Source: Hormiphora californensis
Taxonomy: Eukaryota; Animalia; Ctenophora
Assembly: GCA_020137815.1 (NCBI GenBank)
Contig: CM035359.1
Location: 5,580,001 to 5,644,000, forward strand
Reading direction: 5' to 3'
DNA length: 64,000 nt
The notes under the pieces were generated by a model. The model had not been told where the DNA came from. It saw nothing but the letters and a program-made list of their open reading frames with translations, and did no database searches. Positions 49,933 to 63,164 of this stretch are shown here, in pieces (positions within the stretch are counted from its first letter, which is position 1; every line of letters starts with the position of its first letter). The position numbers and the translations under genes are program-made.

Positions 49933-52900
49933 ATGTTATACCGGTGTGCTAGGTTGATGCTATGGCGTTCACCAGTCATTAGACTCCTTAGGATGATAGA
50001 CGCTACTGAGCTCAGTTCACTAAACCGACACTTTGCATCCTCCAGCTACCTAGACACCAAACGTTCTGACAGGGATAGGTAAGGAAAAGTAGAATAACAG
50101 TATCTTTAACAGTATACGATAAAATATCTATACTTGACCCTCTCTCACTGCTCACCGCGGGTTAGAAGGATTATAAGTATAGCAGTCCCGTGTGGATAAA
50201 ACATTGATTTCCCGTTTCCGATGAAATTATGCTAACATGTCCCATTTTCAGTGCCCTATTTTCCCGGATCACCACTACTCCGTGTACCATTACCTACCCA
50301 CACCTAGCACGGTGGTACAGTCACATAGCTGCAACATCCAGTAGAACCATGGCAACCGTCGGCAAGGGACAACCACAATGGTACATTAGGAATTACTTGA
50401 GCAGGCACAATGAGAATATAGTCACGAATTATGATTTATGTCTCAACTATTCTTTCCATAAACTTCATCTCTGCTAAACCATCGTCCCTACCGTTATATG
50501 CACCTTACAAACCGTTTGCAATCTCTCTTAGTTGCTAAATGACATGTCCACAATATATCAGGTTCCCGCCACAAGGATCTAACGATGGTTTAAAAGTTTA
50601 CAACAGTCTCACGCGAAGGAAGGACGTGTTTGTTCCGGAATCAGGGGGCAGGAACATCACCTGGTATAACTGTGGACCAACAGTGTACGATGCTAGTCAC
50701 ATGGGACATGCCAGGTTAGTGTGGCACGTGATGCCCATATATGGTAGTCCACATGGGACATGCCATGGTCATCATCATTGGGCGGTAGTACTGGCAATCA
50801 TTATCATCCTTTACTAACACAGTCCACTCCTTTTATCCTAGTATTTTCTTGTGTCATCCCAGAGCTTCCTAACTAAATTAATAATTTCATGTTTCCTCCC
50901 AACAAGGTCATACATCTCGTTCGATATCCTGAGGAGGATTATGTCCGATTATTTTGGCTACAAGATCCTCTATGTACTCAATATCACGGATATTGATGAT
51001 AAAATTATTCTGAGAGCGAGAACAAAGTACCTGTTGGAACAGTATCGGGGAGAGATGAAATCAAGGAGTAAAGTAATATATTAGAGATTTTGACTTAAAG
51101 TAGATTCTGGGCGGAGTAAATTTCCAAATGATACTCATGATATATCAGTGCAATTATTGTAACCCCTTTTTGTCAGGAGGAGGTCTTGTCAGAGATTCAG
51201 GGTGCAGTTGCAACATTCCGATCTAAGATGGCTGAAATGCCAGCTGAGGATCCTAAACTGAAAATGATGCAGAAGGTAACACAAAGTAGCTCATATATCT
51301 ACACGGAGTTACCATGACAACGGAGTTGGTTACCATAGCAGCCGACATAATTGGCCTAACTGATTGACCTACAGTTGATATGATAACCAACTCGTAGACT
51401 GTAATACATTATACCTCTATTTCTCTCCTTTAGTGATGTATGCTTTGGACCTGTGTTAGCCCTGGCAGACCCGACTTGGATCATTACTCACTCTCTCCAG
51501 TATGGCCTGGAGAACTGGCTGGATGCCAGGTATGTGTATGATCCTTAGTTATAAGCACCCTTAGTGGGTCCACATGTGGTGAGGGGTTCACGCCCATGGC
51601 AATGTGTTATAGCACCCTTAGTGGTTCCACATGCACATGTGGTGAGGGGTTCACGCCCATGGCATTGTGTTATACCACCCTTAGTGGTTCCACATGTGGT
51701 GAGGACTGAGGGGTTCATTCCCATGGCAACCCCTCTTTGTCAATGAAACACATAGCACCCTGAACAGTGAACACAGGCCGAGATAGCTTCTGAAAACGGT
51801 TCTGCCATCCACTTATTATATTCTTAATTTTCCCTCCTTTCCCCCTTTTCTAAACTTCTCCGTGCCCCTGGTATCACTGGGGCTGTTCAAGGCCTTTGTG
51901 AGACTAATAACTTGACCAACTAACCCCTTCTTCCCCAACAGACTAGGTGCGGGGGTAACAGACCACAGTATCTTCGCTGCCCTAACTCAGTACTGGGAGG
52001 GTGAATACTGGAAGGACATGGGTGATCTAGGTGTCCTTCCCCCCGATGTATTGACCCGTGTTACTGACTATGTTCCTGAAATTGTGTCTTACGTTCAGAA
52101 GGTACTATTTTATTGATTCGGCATTGAAAATTTATATCGTCATTATTTGTTTCTCCAAGTTCATCATCGCCACCTGCCGAGTGAAGCCCCTTAAAATTGT
52201 ATCAGCATGAACCCCTCACAGACCAATTCAAAGAATCATAAATCAACAATTCACTTCATCAACAGATCAACCCAAAACCTGTTCAATTACTTGATTCCTC
52301 AGATCATTGATAACGGTTACGGATACGAAAGTAATGGCAGCGTGTATTTTGACTCTGCTGCATGGCGGAAAGACAGGGGCTACATGGCCAAACTGAAACC
52401 TGAAAGTGTTGGTGATTTAGATGCACTCGCTGATGGAGAAGGTAAGAGGTACAACTTGATAGATCATATCTCTGTCTCTCTCTCTCTCCCTCTCTCTCTC
52501 TCTCTCCTCTTCACTCTCTCTCTCCCATCTTCAAGCCAATACCTGCAAGGTAAACTAACGGACAGTAGTGGAAAGGAAAAGAGGAACCAGGTTGACTTCG
52601 CACTTTGGAAGCGGAGTAAGCCTGGAGAGCCATTTTGGGAGAGTCCCTGGGGCCAGGGGAGACCTGGCTGGCACATTGAGTGCAGTGCCATGGCTGAGTA
52701 AGTTATAATCATTCAACTCTCTCTCAACCATCTTGTAAAGTCCGATTTCCCTGCCCAGGTGAATGATTTCTGGTTAGAATTCGTAGGGCCACAATAAGAT
52801 AAAAAAACAGTCACTATGCATTCATCCCTTTTCCCTCCCAATCACTCGATGCAGTTGCTACTCAAAAGAAGTTATATGTCATATACGTTAGTCGTTAGAG

Positions 52901-55900
52901 ATACAATGATGCGTTGAGAATAGTACTGAGAGAAGAGTATCGGAGACAAAAAGTATCGGAGACACCAACTTGAGCTATTTTTAAGCAACGTACCCCATAC
53001 CAAAGAGGCAGCGTGAGAACAACACAAAATTTCCATCTTCCAGTACAACTATGATTGTCATTTAGCACCGTTTATACCAAATCGCGATCATAGTATGACT
53101 CCGTTAGCCTGACGTAAATTCTACCAGATCTTCTACAAAGGTGACTACTACAAAGGTGACTCACACAAATCAGAGATCTCGCGCTCAATCACATGATGTT
53201 TGCGACTATCATCACATGACTATGCAAATGCAAGTATAAAATCAGAATTCAGTACCAATACTACAGTCACTAGTCTGCTAGATCGTGAGACTTCATTTTG
53301 GTCCTTACTCCTTATTAAACCCGAAAACCAATGATTGGACTCACAGGACATCACACTGAAAATTTTGGGGTACCGTCCGTGTATTTATATGGGAGTGGGT
53401 CCAAAAATTTGGTGAGGAGACAGATAGTGTTCCCCCCAACTCTCAAAATTGTAAATTTGAAATGTGGATGGATCCCAACTTTTGGGTGTCTGTGACAGAT
53501 AGATATTCCCAAAAACGTCAAAAATGTGGGATTTTTTCGGAAAATAGGGGAGTGGGTCCCAAAATCTGTGGTGTGAGTCAGTTAAAGGACGACCCCTAAC
53601 TGTCAAAATCAAGGGGAAAAGGGGGGTGGTGTTTTCCATCTGGGAATGTTAGGGGTATTTAGCGGCATGGATGTCTGATACTGTTAGGATATACCCTCCC
53701 CCCCCCCCCCCGGCCCCCCTCTGCGTGCGATCTATTCCGCTTTTACCCACCTAAGTTCAATTGTATATTATTTTAACATACTTCAATAGCAATTAACAAC
53801 AGCATACTAAATGGGCACATGGGCCTTTCCGAGAATGCCCAGCTAGAAGCGAAAAAAGCTGTGTTTGAGAACATCAAGCGTTTGTCAAAGAGTCTGGGTT
53901 AACGACAGACAGTTTCTTTTGGATACCCTTGCGCTTTGCTAAAAGGAGATCACTGCGGGCAGATGGACCCACCTGAAAACATTTGACCTGACGGAGCTGC
54001 TACTTGCCGATGGTGTCGCACAGATACATTTTGAGGATGCTGATAGGGATATCAACTTACTGATGAATATCGGAAGCAACGAGATTAGAGACCACATCCT
54101 GGATGGTGATAGTACACAACTGTGGAAGGATAACATTGGGCAAAACATATTGATTAACATGTACAACGCTTCTAACTCGACGTTATTTGTGTGGACGGAT
54201 GGTACAGAGTCCTTTCGTCACAACGACAAGATGATCCTGCGAACGTCGGTGCTCATCATTTGTGCCCTTGTATTGGGGTTTCTTTCCATCAGAGATTTGT
54301 GGAAGCATTATAGGAAGACCCCTGGTAAATTACTGAGGTATGTGAGATGTTTTCGCGAAGGATGGCTGGTGTCAATAGCTTTCCTCAGCTTCCTGACTCA
54401 TGTCGGTAACTTGCTTCCCTCACTCGGGAAGTCCTTCTCGTGGCTTAAAAAGGTCACACGAACGATCGATTTTATCATCTTCTACGAGGGAGCATCACTC
54501 AAGTTTTTTACCTGTTGCATCTACATTTTCCAGTCTGTGATGGTAGTGTTTCCATTCTACTTTCGATCCAACAAGTCTAAGCTATTTTGACAATGGCCAT
54601 CACGATGACTGGAGTTGCGGTTACCTTGGTTACCATACCTCTGCCAATTGTAGTGGGATACATTAAGATCACGAGGGTATCCAGTTGCAATGATGTCGCT
54701 AACCTTAGCCAGTACGTTCGAGTAACGAACGCCATTCTATTTGCAATATTTGTTGTCGGTGCCTCTGTAACAAGTATGGCATATGTGCTGATGTACTGGC
54801 TTTCCAATATTCGAGGGAAGGAGGGCGATGAGGTGCAGGTTGCTAGGCAACAGAAGAATGCAGAAAACACTGTGGAGACGCTTCTAAAGACGAGCGTGGA
54901 AGCAGTGACAAACATCGTTCTGATATACTACACAGTGCAACATCATCTTGACATCGCAACATTCCACAAGCACCGATCCAAGGTGACTGGCTGTATATCT
55001 GTCGATCCAGTGTTTTCTACCGTGGCCACCCAACCGATTAGCTTTGATGCTCTCTTGGCTCAGCAGGAGTCACTGCTATTATTTGCTCGATAGTGCCTCG
55101 TATTCGCAAGTTACTCAAGAAGTTTCGAGTCAGAGGTATGGTTAGAGGAAACAAAGGTGACGAGGGATCAGGTGATGGCATATCAGTTCAACAGAGTCCA
55201 GATACTACCCCGCCGAACAATTAAATGCTAAGTTCTGAGTGCCGTTTCATGCAGTTTTTTCAACTACAGCGTAAAAATATTTATTGAGAAACTGAGAGTC
55301 CAAGATGCTTGGAGTGGGGGCCACTGGGGGAACTCCAAACTGGTCTCGTGTGTGTTAGCGTGGGTTCAGGCATTCAGGAAAACGACGTTGATTCAGGTGT
55401 TTAAATCAATTAACTAGTGGCCCCCATTCCAAGCATTATGATGTCGCGGACGGTGACACCAGCCCTTCAAGGTTGGCACAGCAGTGAGAGTCCAAGAATA
55501 AATAAAGACCATATTGTGACGATTTTCGTGGAGGAGACTTGATACTTTTCTGACCACTTGTGGTTTGTTATGGGATACAATTAAGAAATTCGGCGTGAAC
55601 GGCCATGCCTGAGTGAGTACTTACAGAATGGGTAAACTCTACTTAAGTAAAACTGGTTTTCACTCTACTGGAAGTTTAAATGAAAGCAAAAGTTTAGCTG
55701 AAATTAGAGGATGTGACTGTTCTAATTATGTATATCAACTCTACTAAAGTGCGTTTCAAACGACTTGACCTGAGATTCCTGGAAATTCAGGATTTCCCCT
55801 TTGTAAATACACACGCAATGCGCCAAATTCCAAGAATTACGGGTCAAGTCGCTTGAAACGGACTTTACTTTATAATATGTAAGATATCTTGGTTTCGTGT

Positions 55901-57014
55901 CTTTGTAGGTTAGGGGAAATGATATTATATGTAGGGTGAGATGATTCGGGAAGTTGTAACTAAGATGTAAGTGATGTAACAAAGGTGTAACGTCTGCTCA
56001 ATCATTGAATAGTGCAGCTGTGCAGCACCATTTGGCCTTCCTTTTGGGACATGACTGACACGAGGGCCCTTAAATCAGTTCGATCTAAAGGGCCGCCCTT
56101 ATTAGATCGAACTGAGTTACACCAGTACACCTGATGATCTTTAAAGTTTTACTTGCCATTGTTTGTATCCACTATAACTTCCGCAAAGACTATATTTCCT
56201 GTGCCTTTCTGCAAAACTATTGCATCTCCTTTGCCGTGATATGACACAAAAATATGACACAAAAATGTGTAAATATGGTCAATCTGGGTGAGACCTGAGG
56301 AGATCTGGAGGGTTCCACATAACTTCTGGGGAGATCCAACAGCAAAAACAGACACTTTGGTGGTTTGTTATGGCCTTCAATACAAGTATTCCAATTGGAC
56401 ATAGAATCCTGGCACCATCTCCTTTGTTTAGAATCTGGCCACCAATATATAAATTGCTCTCTTGAGGTGGCCCATTCATGAACTATATACACGTTCATTA
56501 ATGAATTACACACACATACACACACACACAGCATAATGTTCGAGTTCATACATTTTGTTGTGCATGTGTTTTCTTGTGCAATGTGTTTACAGACCCTTGT
56601 TTTCAGTGCTATTTGCGGAGGCAAGCTGGATATCCATAGTGGTGGAGAGGATCTCCTTTTTCCGCACCATGACAACGAGATTCTACAAGCGGAGAGTCAC
56701 TCAGCTTGTAAACAATGGGTAAACAAAATAGTAGAGTTGACCACCTATTTACCGTTCCCCCGAGCAGCCTTGTAAATCGGGGTCTAATCGTAGTATCTTA
56801 CTCTGTTAACTTGGTTCTCTCCCTCTCTTATTTCAGCTCTTGCACTCCCATAATCTCCTTCAATCAAGTTCGTAAATCATATCCCCCGTTCCAGGTTAAC
56901 TATTTCATCCACACCGGACATCTTAGTATCGAGGGATGTAAGATGAGCAAGAGTCTGAAGAACTTTATTACAATCCAAGATGCGCTGAAGAAGAATTCTG
57001 GCAGACAACTACGG
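49933..57014 (+). CDS. CARS1: Cysteinyl-tRNA synthetase, cytosolic type, with upstream presequence exon; 3' part not in window
   Basis: Exons 49933-50078, 50252-50380 (second ATG 50349), 50562-50714, 50907-51072, 51177-51275, 51501-51529, 51942-52101, 52303-52441, 52550-52697, 56607-56718, 56895-57014. Motifs [65 protein letters not shown]. Confidence 0.95.
51545..51705. repeat. About 57-bp tandem repeat, about 3 copies, intronic
   Basis: cacccttagtgg(g/t)tccacatgtggtgagg... recurs three times. Confidence 0.8.
53811..55224 (+). pseudogene. Disrupted intronless 7TM/GPCR-like gene nested in a CARS1 intron
   Basis: Frame from ATG 53811 has in-frame TAG (about 53844) and TAA (about 53940); frameshifts at about 54587 and 55088. 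Joined pieces give multiple TM helices with a FIIFYE..C..Y..VMVVFP TM3-like motif. Confidence 0.65.
55306..55436. mobile_element. Small inverted-repeat element
   Basis: atgcttggagtgggggccact ... agtggcccccattccaagcat. Confidence 0.55.
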
Positions 57015-60000
57015 GTGAGAATTTTGCAATTATATTCTCTGGCACTACACCTTACTTTTATTATACGTCTGTTATGCTTTTCTTATTGTACTAATTACCC
57101 TAATTTTTTTGACTATTCCTCTCACTCTATTTCTTTACGTTAATTCTTAATCACAGTTCTGTTATGAAATGAGGTATTGAGTGTTTCACTCGAGTAACTT
57201 TTGTTTAGCTTCAATACCATTGATAAAGAGACTTGATGTTCATGGATTAGCATAATTATCCACCTCTGATTTTTTCTACTTAGAATTTTTTATAATAAAC
57301 TATTTACGGGCCTCTTTTACTTTACCTCTTTTGTCGGGTACAGTTACGCTCCTTATTACTTCTTCTCGTTCTAGTCACTGCTTCTAGTCCACTACTGGCA
57401 TTGGACACACCCCATCTTTGACGACCCCAATTTAGTTGAACTGAAGTGTTAGGATGGCACCGGGGAAGAAGTATTTTTTTTTTTGGAAGGTCTATCGTAC
57501 TTTTTCGTTGTCCCTGGATCCTTGTTACAAACAGTTTAGTTTTCTCGCCCAAATTGTATAGAGTTAGAACCAAAAGTAAAACGAGGATGGAGTGTTCTCC
57601 CACCTATGGACTGTACCCTGGTGGTCTGAAAAGGGGACTGGAAGTATCAGTGCAACTGCAGATCGTCCTCAGGATATGGATGAAGTAGCCTCGGGTTGGG
57701 AGGAAAATGTGGGTCAGTGGATCACTTTGATACTTTCTTCAATGCCATAGTGTGAGTTCCATTGGAGTGTTTCAATAGTCTCACTTTTCATACATTTGAT
57801 TTTCTCGGGACATAATTTTAACATTTTAGTACTATACAAATATTCTAAGTTATAAAACTGCTAGGAAGAGGAAAATAGACATTGGTATATATTTATACCT
57901 GTAACTTAAATATGCGCCAGTGGAGAAGTCACCCAGCGGCTGCTCTCAGTAAACAGCCGCCAGCGGTCTCGATTATTTCCACTGGCAGTTATTTATTTTT
58001 AACTCCTAGAACTTCAAAGTGTCGTGTAAATGAAGTTCTTACTAAATACAGAGGTGACACTATGTGAACACTTACACACTACCTTGGAGGAAAGAAAGGA
58101 CACTCCGTCAATTACTCTCTCTTTATCTCCTTTGCTCACTATCTCTTCTCTGTGTTTGTGACATGCCCATCAGGTATTTTTTTCACTCTCTTTCTTAAGC
58201 ACTGTAGTAACTGTTACCAAACAGTGTACACTCAATTGTGAACTATTTCTCAGTTCTCTTCGTGTGTTTTGATTAGTGTTCTCTCTCTTGTTGGTGTGTA
58301 AATACTTGAAATAAACAACTAAAGCAGGGTTATACCCATAAACTCTGACCATGGCACGTTATAGGTTTAAAACCCCTCCGCTCTCCTCTCGGCTCCGCTC
58401 GGGATCGTCGTCGTGTTTAAACCAGTTTATCGCCGAGCGGCGGATAAACTCCGCTAACTTCTCCCAGCGGTGCGCTGGGATTGAAAGTTATCTGAAATAA
58501 CGCGCCAGTGGCCAGAGTTTATGCCTCATATATACCGCGAGTGCACATATCACTCCCGCTCCGCGCGACCATTTGCACGGTGAAATATGCACTCTGGTTC
58601 CGCGGGAGCGTGCAGATATAGGGGATTGCGGGATATAAGTAAGAAACAGTGTCCCCCAGTGTTTTTACACCTTATTCCACACGAACACACAGAATATGAC
58701 TGACACAGTGCCAAGCGAACACCAAGTCTGTCAAATTACACTCACCTCTCCTCTTTCTACTCACTAATTATCCCCTTATCATGTTTTTGTTTCACTATTC
58801 CAAGAATTCCAATTCCCTCTCTCGTATCTCTCTCTTTTATCCCTCTTTCTTTTCACTGTTAGACTGTCAAAACTTGGTCCCTTGTGTTGTAAAGGTGGTG
58901 TAGTAGTGTATTTTTGTTGTAGTTTTGCTTAGTTTTGTACCTTGTTTTGTCACATACTCCTGTGTGTGTAATCACCCAAAATATGATTGTTTGCTTGTAA
59001 TGTGTTTTCTCGCGGGAATATATCTCAATAACGTCCTGCACGGCTTGTGCAAGCGCTCCTATATCGCACTCGTTTCACTCGTGCAATATAGGTGGAATGC
59101 ACTCCAGCTTCGCTGTCGTGCATTTCACCTCCATATACGCTCTGCAGTGCAGAGCGTATATGGCGCGCTTGCACTGCGTGCAGAACGTTATGTACTATAA
59201 ACATAAATAGCTGCATAGTACTAAGAGAAACATGCTACACAATAATCCAAATATAATAAAGCTACGAAGTGTAGCATCGATCACTCTATCTAAATTAAAA
59301 AACTCAGTTTATAACCCTCCAGTCGGCTCCAGTTCCACTTTACATTTGATCGACACTAAAGTTTCATCTCATTTGCAAGATCTTGAATTTCCTTGGACCT
59401 AGAGGAGGATTTTAATTTAATTCTTGTTTTATCTTGTTTTAAGGGTGGAACAACAACCAATTTATTGGTGGTTTTGTCGAACTAGAGATTATAATACCTT
59501 TTGTTGATGAGCTCTACTGACTGGGTATAGGGGTTGTAATGAGCTGTGAACGGTCGGGGAATCTGCTGAGCCCACTCCCTAAAAGTATACATAAAATATC
59601 ATTTATTGAAAAAAAAATGAAAATTCTTGATGTGTCTCACTTAAATTTAGTCGCACTTAAAAAAATCACATATGTTTAGTCCTTACGCGAGTGACAGTGA
59701 ATTATGACACTGTACTCACCTAACCTTCCTCTCTGCCTCCGCGAATGATGGTGCGACAAAGATAACAGGGGGGACAGAGCGTACGAATGTTGGGTAGTCA
59801 CATGTTATCAACCTCAAAAGGCAACTTCTTGGACGTGGCACTTACACCATTCTCCAGTTTCATGAATAGAGTCAAGCAAGCTGAAGATAAAAATTGTTGG
59901 TATGGACGTTGCGGTAAATAAGGGTCCAACTGTCCATTGACAGTTGGACCCTTATTTACCGCAACCCTGATTTACCAGGAGTATAATTTACCGGAAGGAT

Positions 60001-60580
60001 AATTTACCGGAAGGATAATTTACCAGAAGGATAATTTATTGCAAGTTATATTGTCGCAGCTACGCTAACCCACAGTCACAGATTTAGCAAGATACAGTGT
60101 TGACCGTCAACAGCGTATCATCATAGTTTCTCTAGCTATGGGCTGCAGAATTCACTGTACCACTGCATTAACCTGAGTCGCCTGTGTCTGTGCTTTGCAC
60201 AAAATATGAAGTATGAACAATTCAATGCACTACCTGCACCGTATGCTTTGATATCTCCATCCTCCAAACATACGCCGACCTCAATAGTGAACCAATAAAG
60301 GGTAGCTAACTTCTCGATCCATTCATCGGGGGCACCCAGACTTGCCAAACCAATCTCCTGATGAGGTTAATAACTGGTAAGTGTACCATATTATACCATA
60401 TTTTCGGAAGGTGCAGGCTACCTAGTCGGTGTGCATTTTTCATGACTGTGGCAGGTGGCTGCAAACTAGCGCCTAAAGGACTAGTATATCCTAAAAAATA
60501 TATTTAAATGTCAAAAACTAATCAAATTAGTTGGCTGGATCAAAGATGATCCCCCTTACCAGCTGTGCCATGACTTAAGT

Positions 60581-60718
60581 CTACGTGATCTAACAGGCTA
60601 CGTGATCTAACAGGCTATGTGATCTAACAGGCTACGTGATCTAACAGGCTACGTGATCTAACGCGCTACGTGATCTAACAGGCTACGTGATCTAACAGGC
60701 TACGTGATCTAACAGGCT
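60581..60718. repeat. 17-bp tandem repeat, about 8 copies
   Basis: Unit ctacgtgatctaacagg. Confidence 0.93.
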
Positions 60719-61349
60719 CTAAAGCTCTGGAGACGGAAAGGCAGCTTAAGTTATGCATAGAATGGATAAAGTCGGCATGTTCATAGTCTCGACGTGGAAA
60801 ATGAATAACCCGGGTTTATTGATTATCAGATAATCAATAAACCCGGGTTTATATGTAGCGGGTCACCCGCTAGGGTGATTCGCTACACCATTATATACTG
60901 TCCGACCTGCGAAGCAGGGAGGGTGGTATATGGTATATATGGTTTATACTTTCTATAAGCAAGGATTTATCGATTATACGTTTTAGCGGCAGAAACATTC
61001 ATGCTTTTTATAGCGGGCGGGTTTTATCAGACAAATTTTCACCGCTGATATATATAAATATGGCAGCCTTCACCCTTTATTGCTGATTAAGTTTAGGCTT
61101 TGCGAAAGGCTGTACTAAATTTAGCACAGCCTTTAGCTAAACAATTTTACCTGGGAAAAAGCTGCAAATTCAGGGTCTGCAAAGAGGGGTACGTGCCGAT
61201 AATTTCGTGGCAAACGTCACTGAGAGATGGAGTAGTGACTGGGAAGTGAGCACTGAGCATTCAACAGTAGTTTAGTGTCGAAATAAAGCTGGTATTGTGA
61301 ATCATTTATCATTTATGTAGCGCAAGCCTCCCTCCAGTAGTAAATACTA

Positions 61350-61529
61350 CAGTCGGACCCCGATTTAGGGGCCCCCGATTTAGTGGCACCCCGATTTAGG
61401 GACAGGATGTTTTTCCCCCGATATACGAAAATTAACATAACTTGAACCCGATTTAGTGGACACCCCGATTTAGTGGACAAGAGCCTTTCCCCCAAGGGTG
61501 TCCCCAGTCCCTAAATCGGGGTCCGACTG
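61350..61529. mobile_element. MITE with TA target duplication (same family as 3146)
   Basis: ta|cagtcggaccccgatttag ... ctaaatcggggtccgactg|ta; internal cccgatttag repeats. Confidence 0.9.
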
Positions 61530-61623
61530 TAGTAATACAGGTACCTCAAAATTATTGAGTCACCTGTCAGTACTGTCCGCACAAGTTCAACAAACTTACG
61601 GTTCGGGAGAAAACATTTTGTTA

Positions 61624-61848
<225 letters not shown>

Positions 61849-62313
61849 TCAAGAAAGTACAGTGATAACTAATAATAAGATGAATAAAGTTAGTTAGTTA
61901 ACTTACTTACCTTTTAGAAATTCAGAAATTACTTGCAGCTGTGGAATGTTGTCCTTGTTGTAGTTACAATTCTCCACCAGTAGTGGCCAGGCTTTCAAGT
62001 ATTCCTGAAGTAGAATATAGTGTTACACAGCTGTACCATTTCATAAAGTTGAGAACTTGTATCACACAATGTCAAGTACATGGAGGAATGGTCTTCCTGG
62101 ATTAACTACTACCGGGTCTCTGAATTCATCCATAATCAATACACCAACCGATTTGTCGTGGGACTCGTATCGAAAGTGGGAAGTTCATAATCACCCCTAG
62201 ATAGTAAAACTCGATTTGTGATTCACCTTGTAGGCGTGTGTTTCAAAGAGGGAGCTAAGTTTAGTGAATACAGTTCTCCACGTTTCCAGTTCATCTGTGT
62301 TGTACTCCACTGT

Positions 62314-62473
62314 GGGAATGGGCTGCCCACTGTAAGGGAGAAGGAGGGAGTTAGCGGGATTTGGGAATGGGCTGCCCACTGTAAGGAAGAATGAGGGAGT
62401 TAGCGGGATTTGGGAATGGGCTGCCCACTGTGGGAATGAAGGGAGTTAGCGGGATTTGGGAATGGGCTGCCCA
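62314..62473 (-). repeat. About 49-bp tandem repeat made of the PAH intron-exon junction
   Basis: Unit gggaatgggctgcccactgtaaggg..gggagttagcgggattt, 3 full copies plus a partial one. Confidence 0.9.
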
Positions 62474-62740
62474 GTGGGGGTGCTATTTTGGGGAGGTTTT
62501 TTATTTCAACAGATATTCCAAAAGTCATGACGGATCATGGTAGGGTAGGCCCTAATTAGCAAGTGTACGAAAGATGAAGGTCTAGATCTCTGTGAACACC
62601 AGGGGAGGGTTTTTGTAGTTAAGGAAAAGTTTAGAAATCAACCCCTAAAACGCACTGTTCCCGATATCTTAGAGCTCTAAATCTTTGCAGATCGGCTTTA
62701 CATGATAAAACACAAAGTTGGTCAAAATTTCAGACCTTTA

Positions 62741-63135
62741 GCTCAAAATTCATTTTCATGACCGGAATGAACTTTGTTCATTCTCTCAATCAGGTGGCCA
62801 TTTGACTTCAGAATTTAATTAGAAATGTTTGGCAATCGATTATCTGCTAAATGCGACCAACGAGAGCCAAAACGGACCACCACAAGACACACGGTGATCT
62901 GATCTCCAAAGCCAGTCAGGACATTCATAATCCTCGCCAAATATGGCCTAGTTTTGCACGCTTGCCGACATCGGATAGGTCTAAAATTTGGTAGAGTGGC
63001 TCTACACAATGTGTGATTCGCAAAGTTTCAGGCTTAAAGCTCAAAATTCATTTTTATGACTGGAATGAACTTTGTTCATTCTCTCAATCAGGAGGTCATT
63101 TGACTCCAGAACTTCAATAAATGTGTTTGGCAATC
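62741..63135. repeat. Direct repeats of about 95 bp, about 300 bp apart, probably part of a transposon
   Basis: agctcaaaattcatttt.atgac.ggaatgaactttgttcattctctcaatcagg at 62741 and 63038. Confidence 0.75.
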
Positions 63136-63164
63136 AATAAACTGTCAAATGGGATCGTATCACA

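Noticed and set aside
57120-59300. Searched for the remaining CARS1 exons or a transposase
   Set aside because: No recognisable coding exons; looks like decayed repeats with small GC hairpins.
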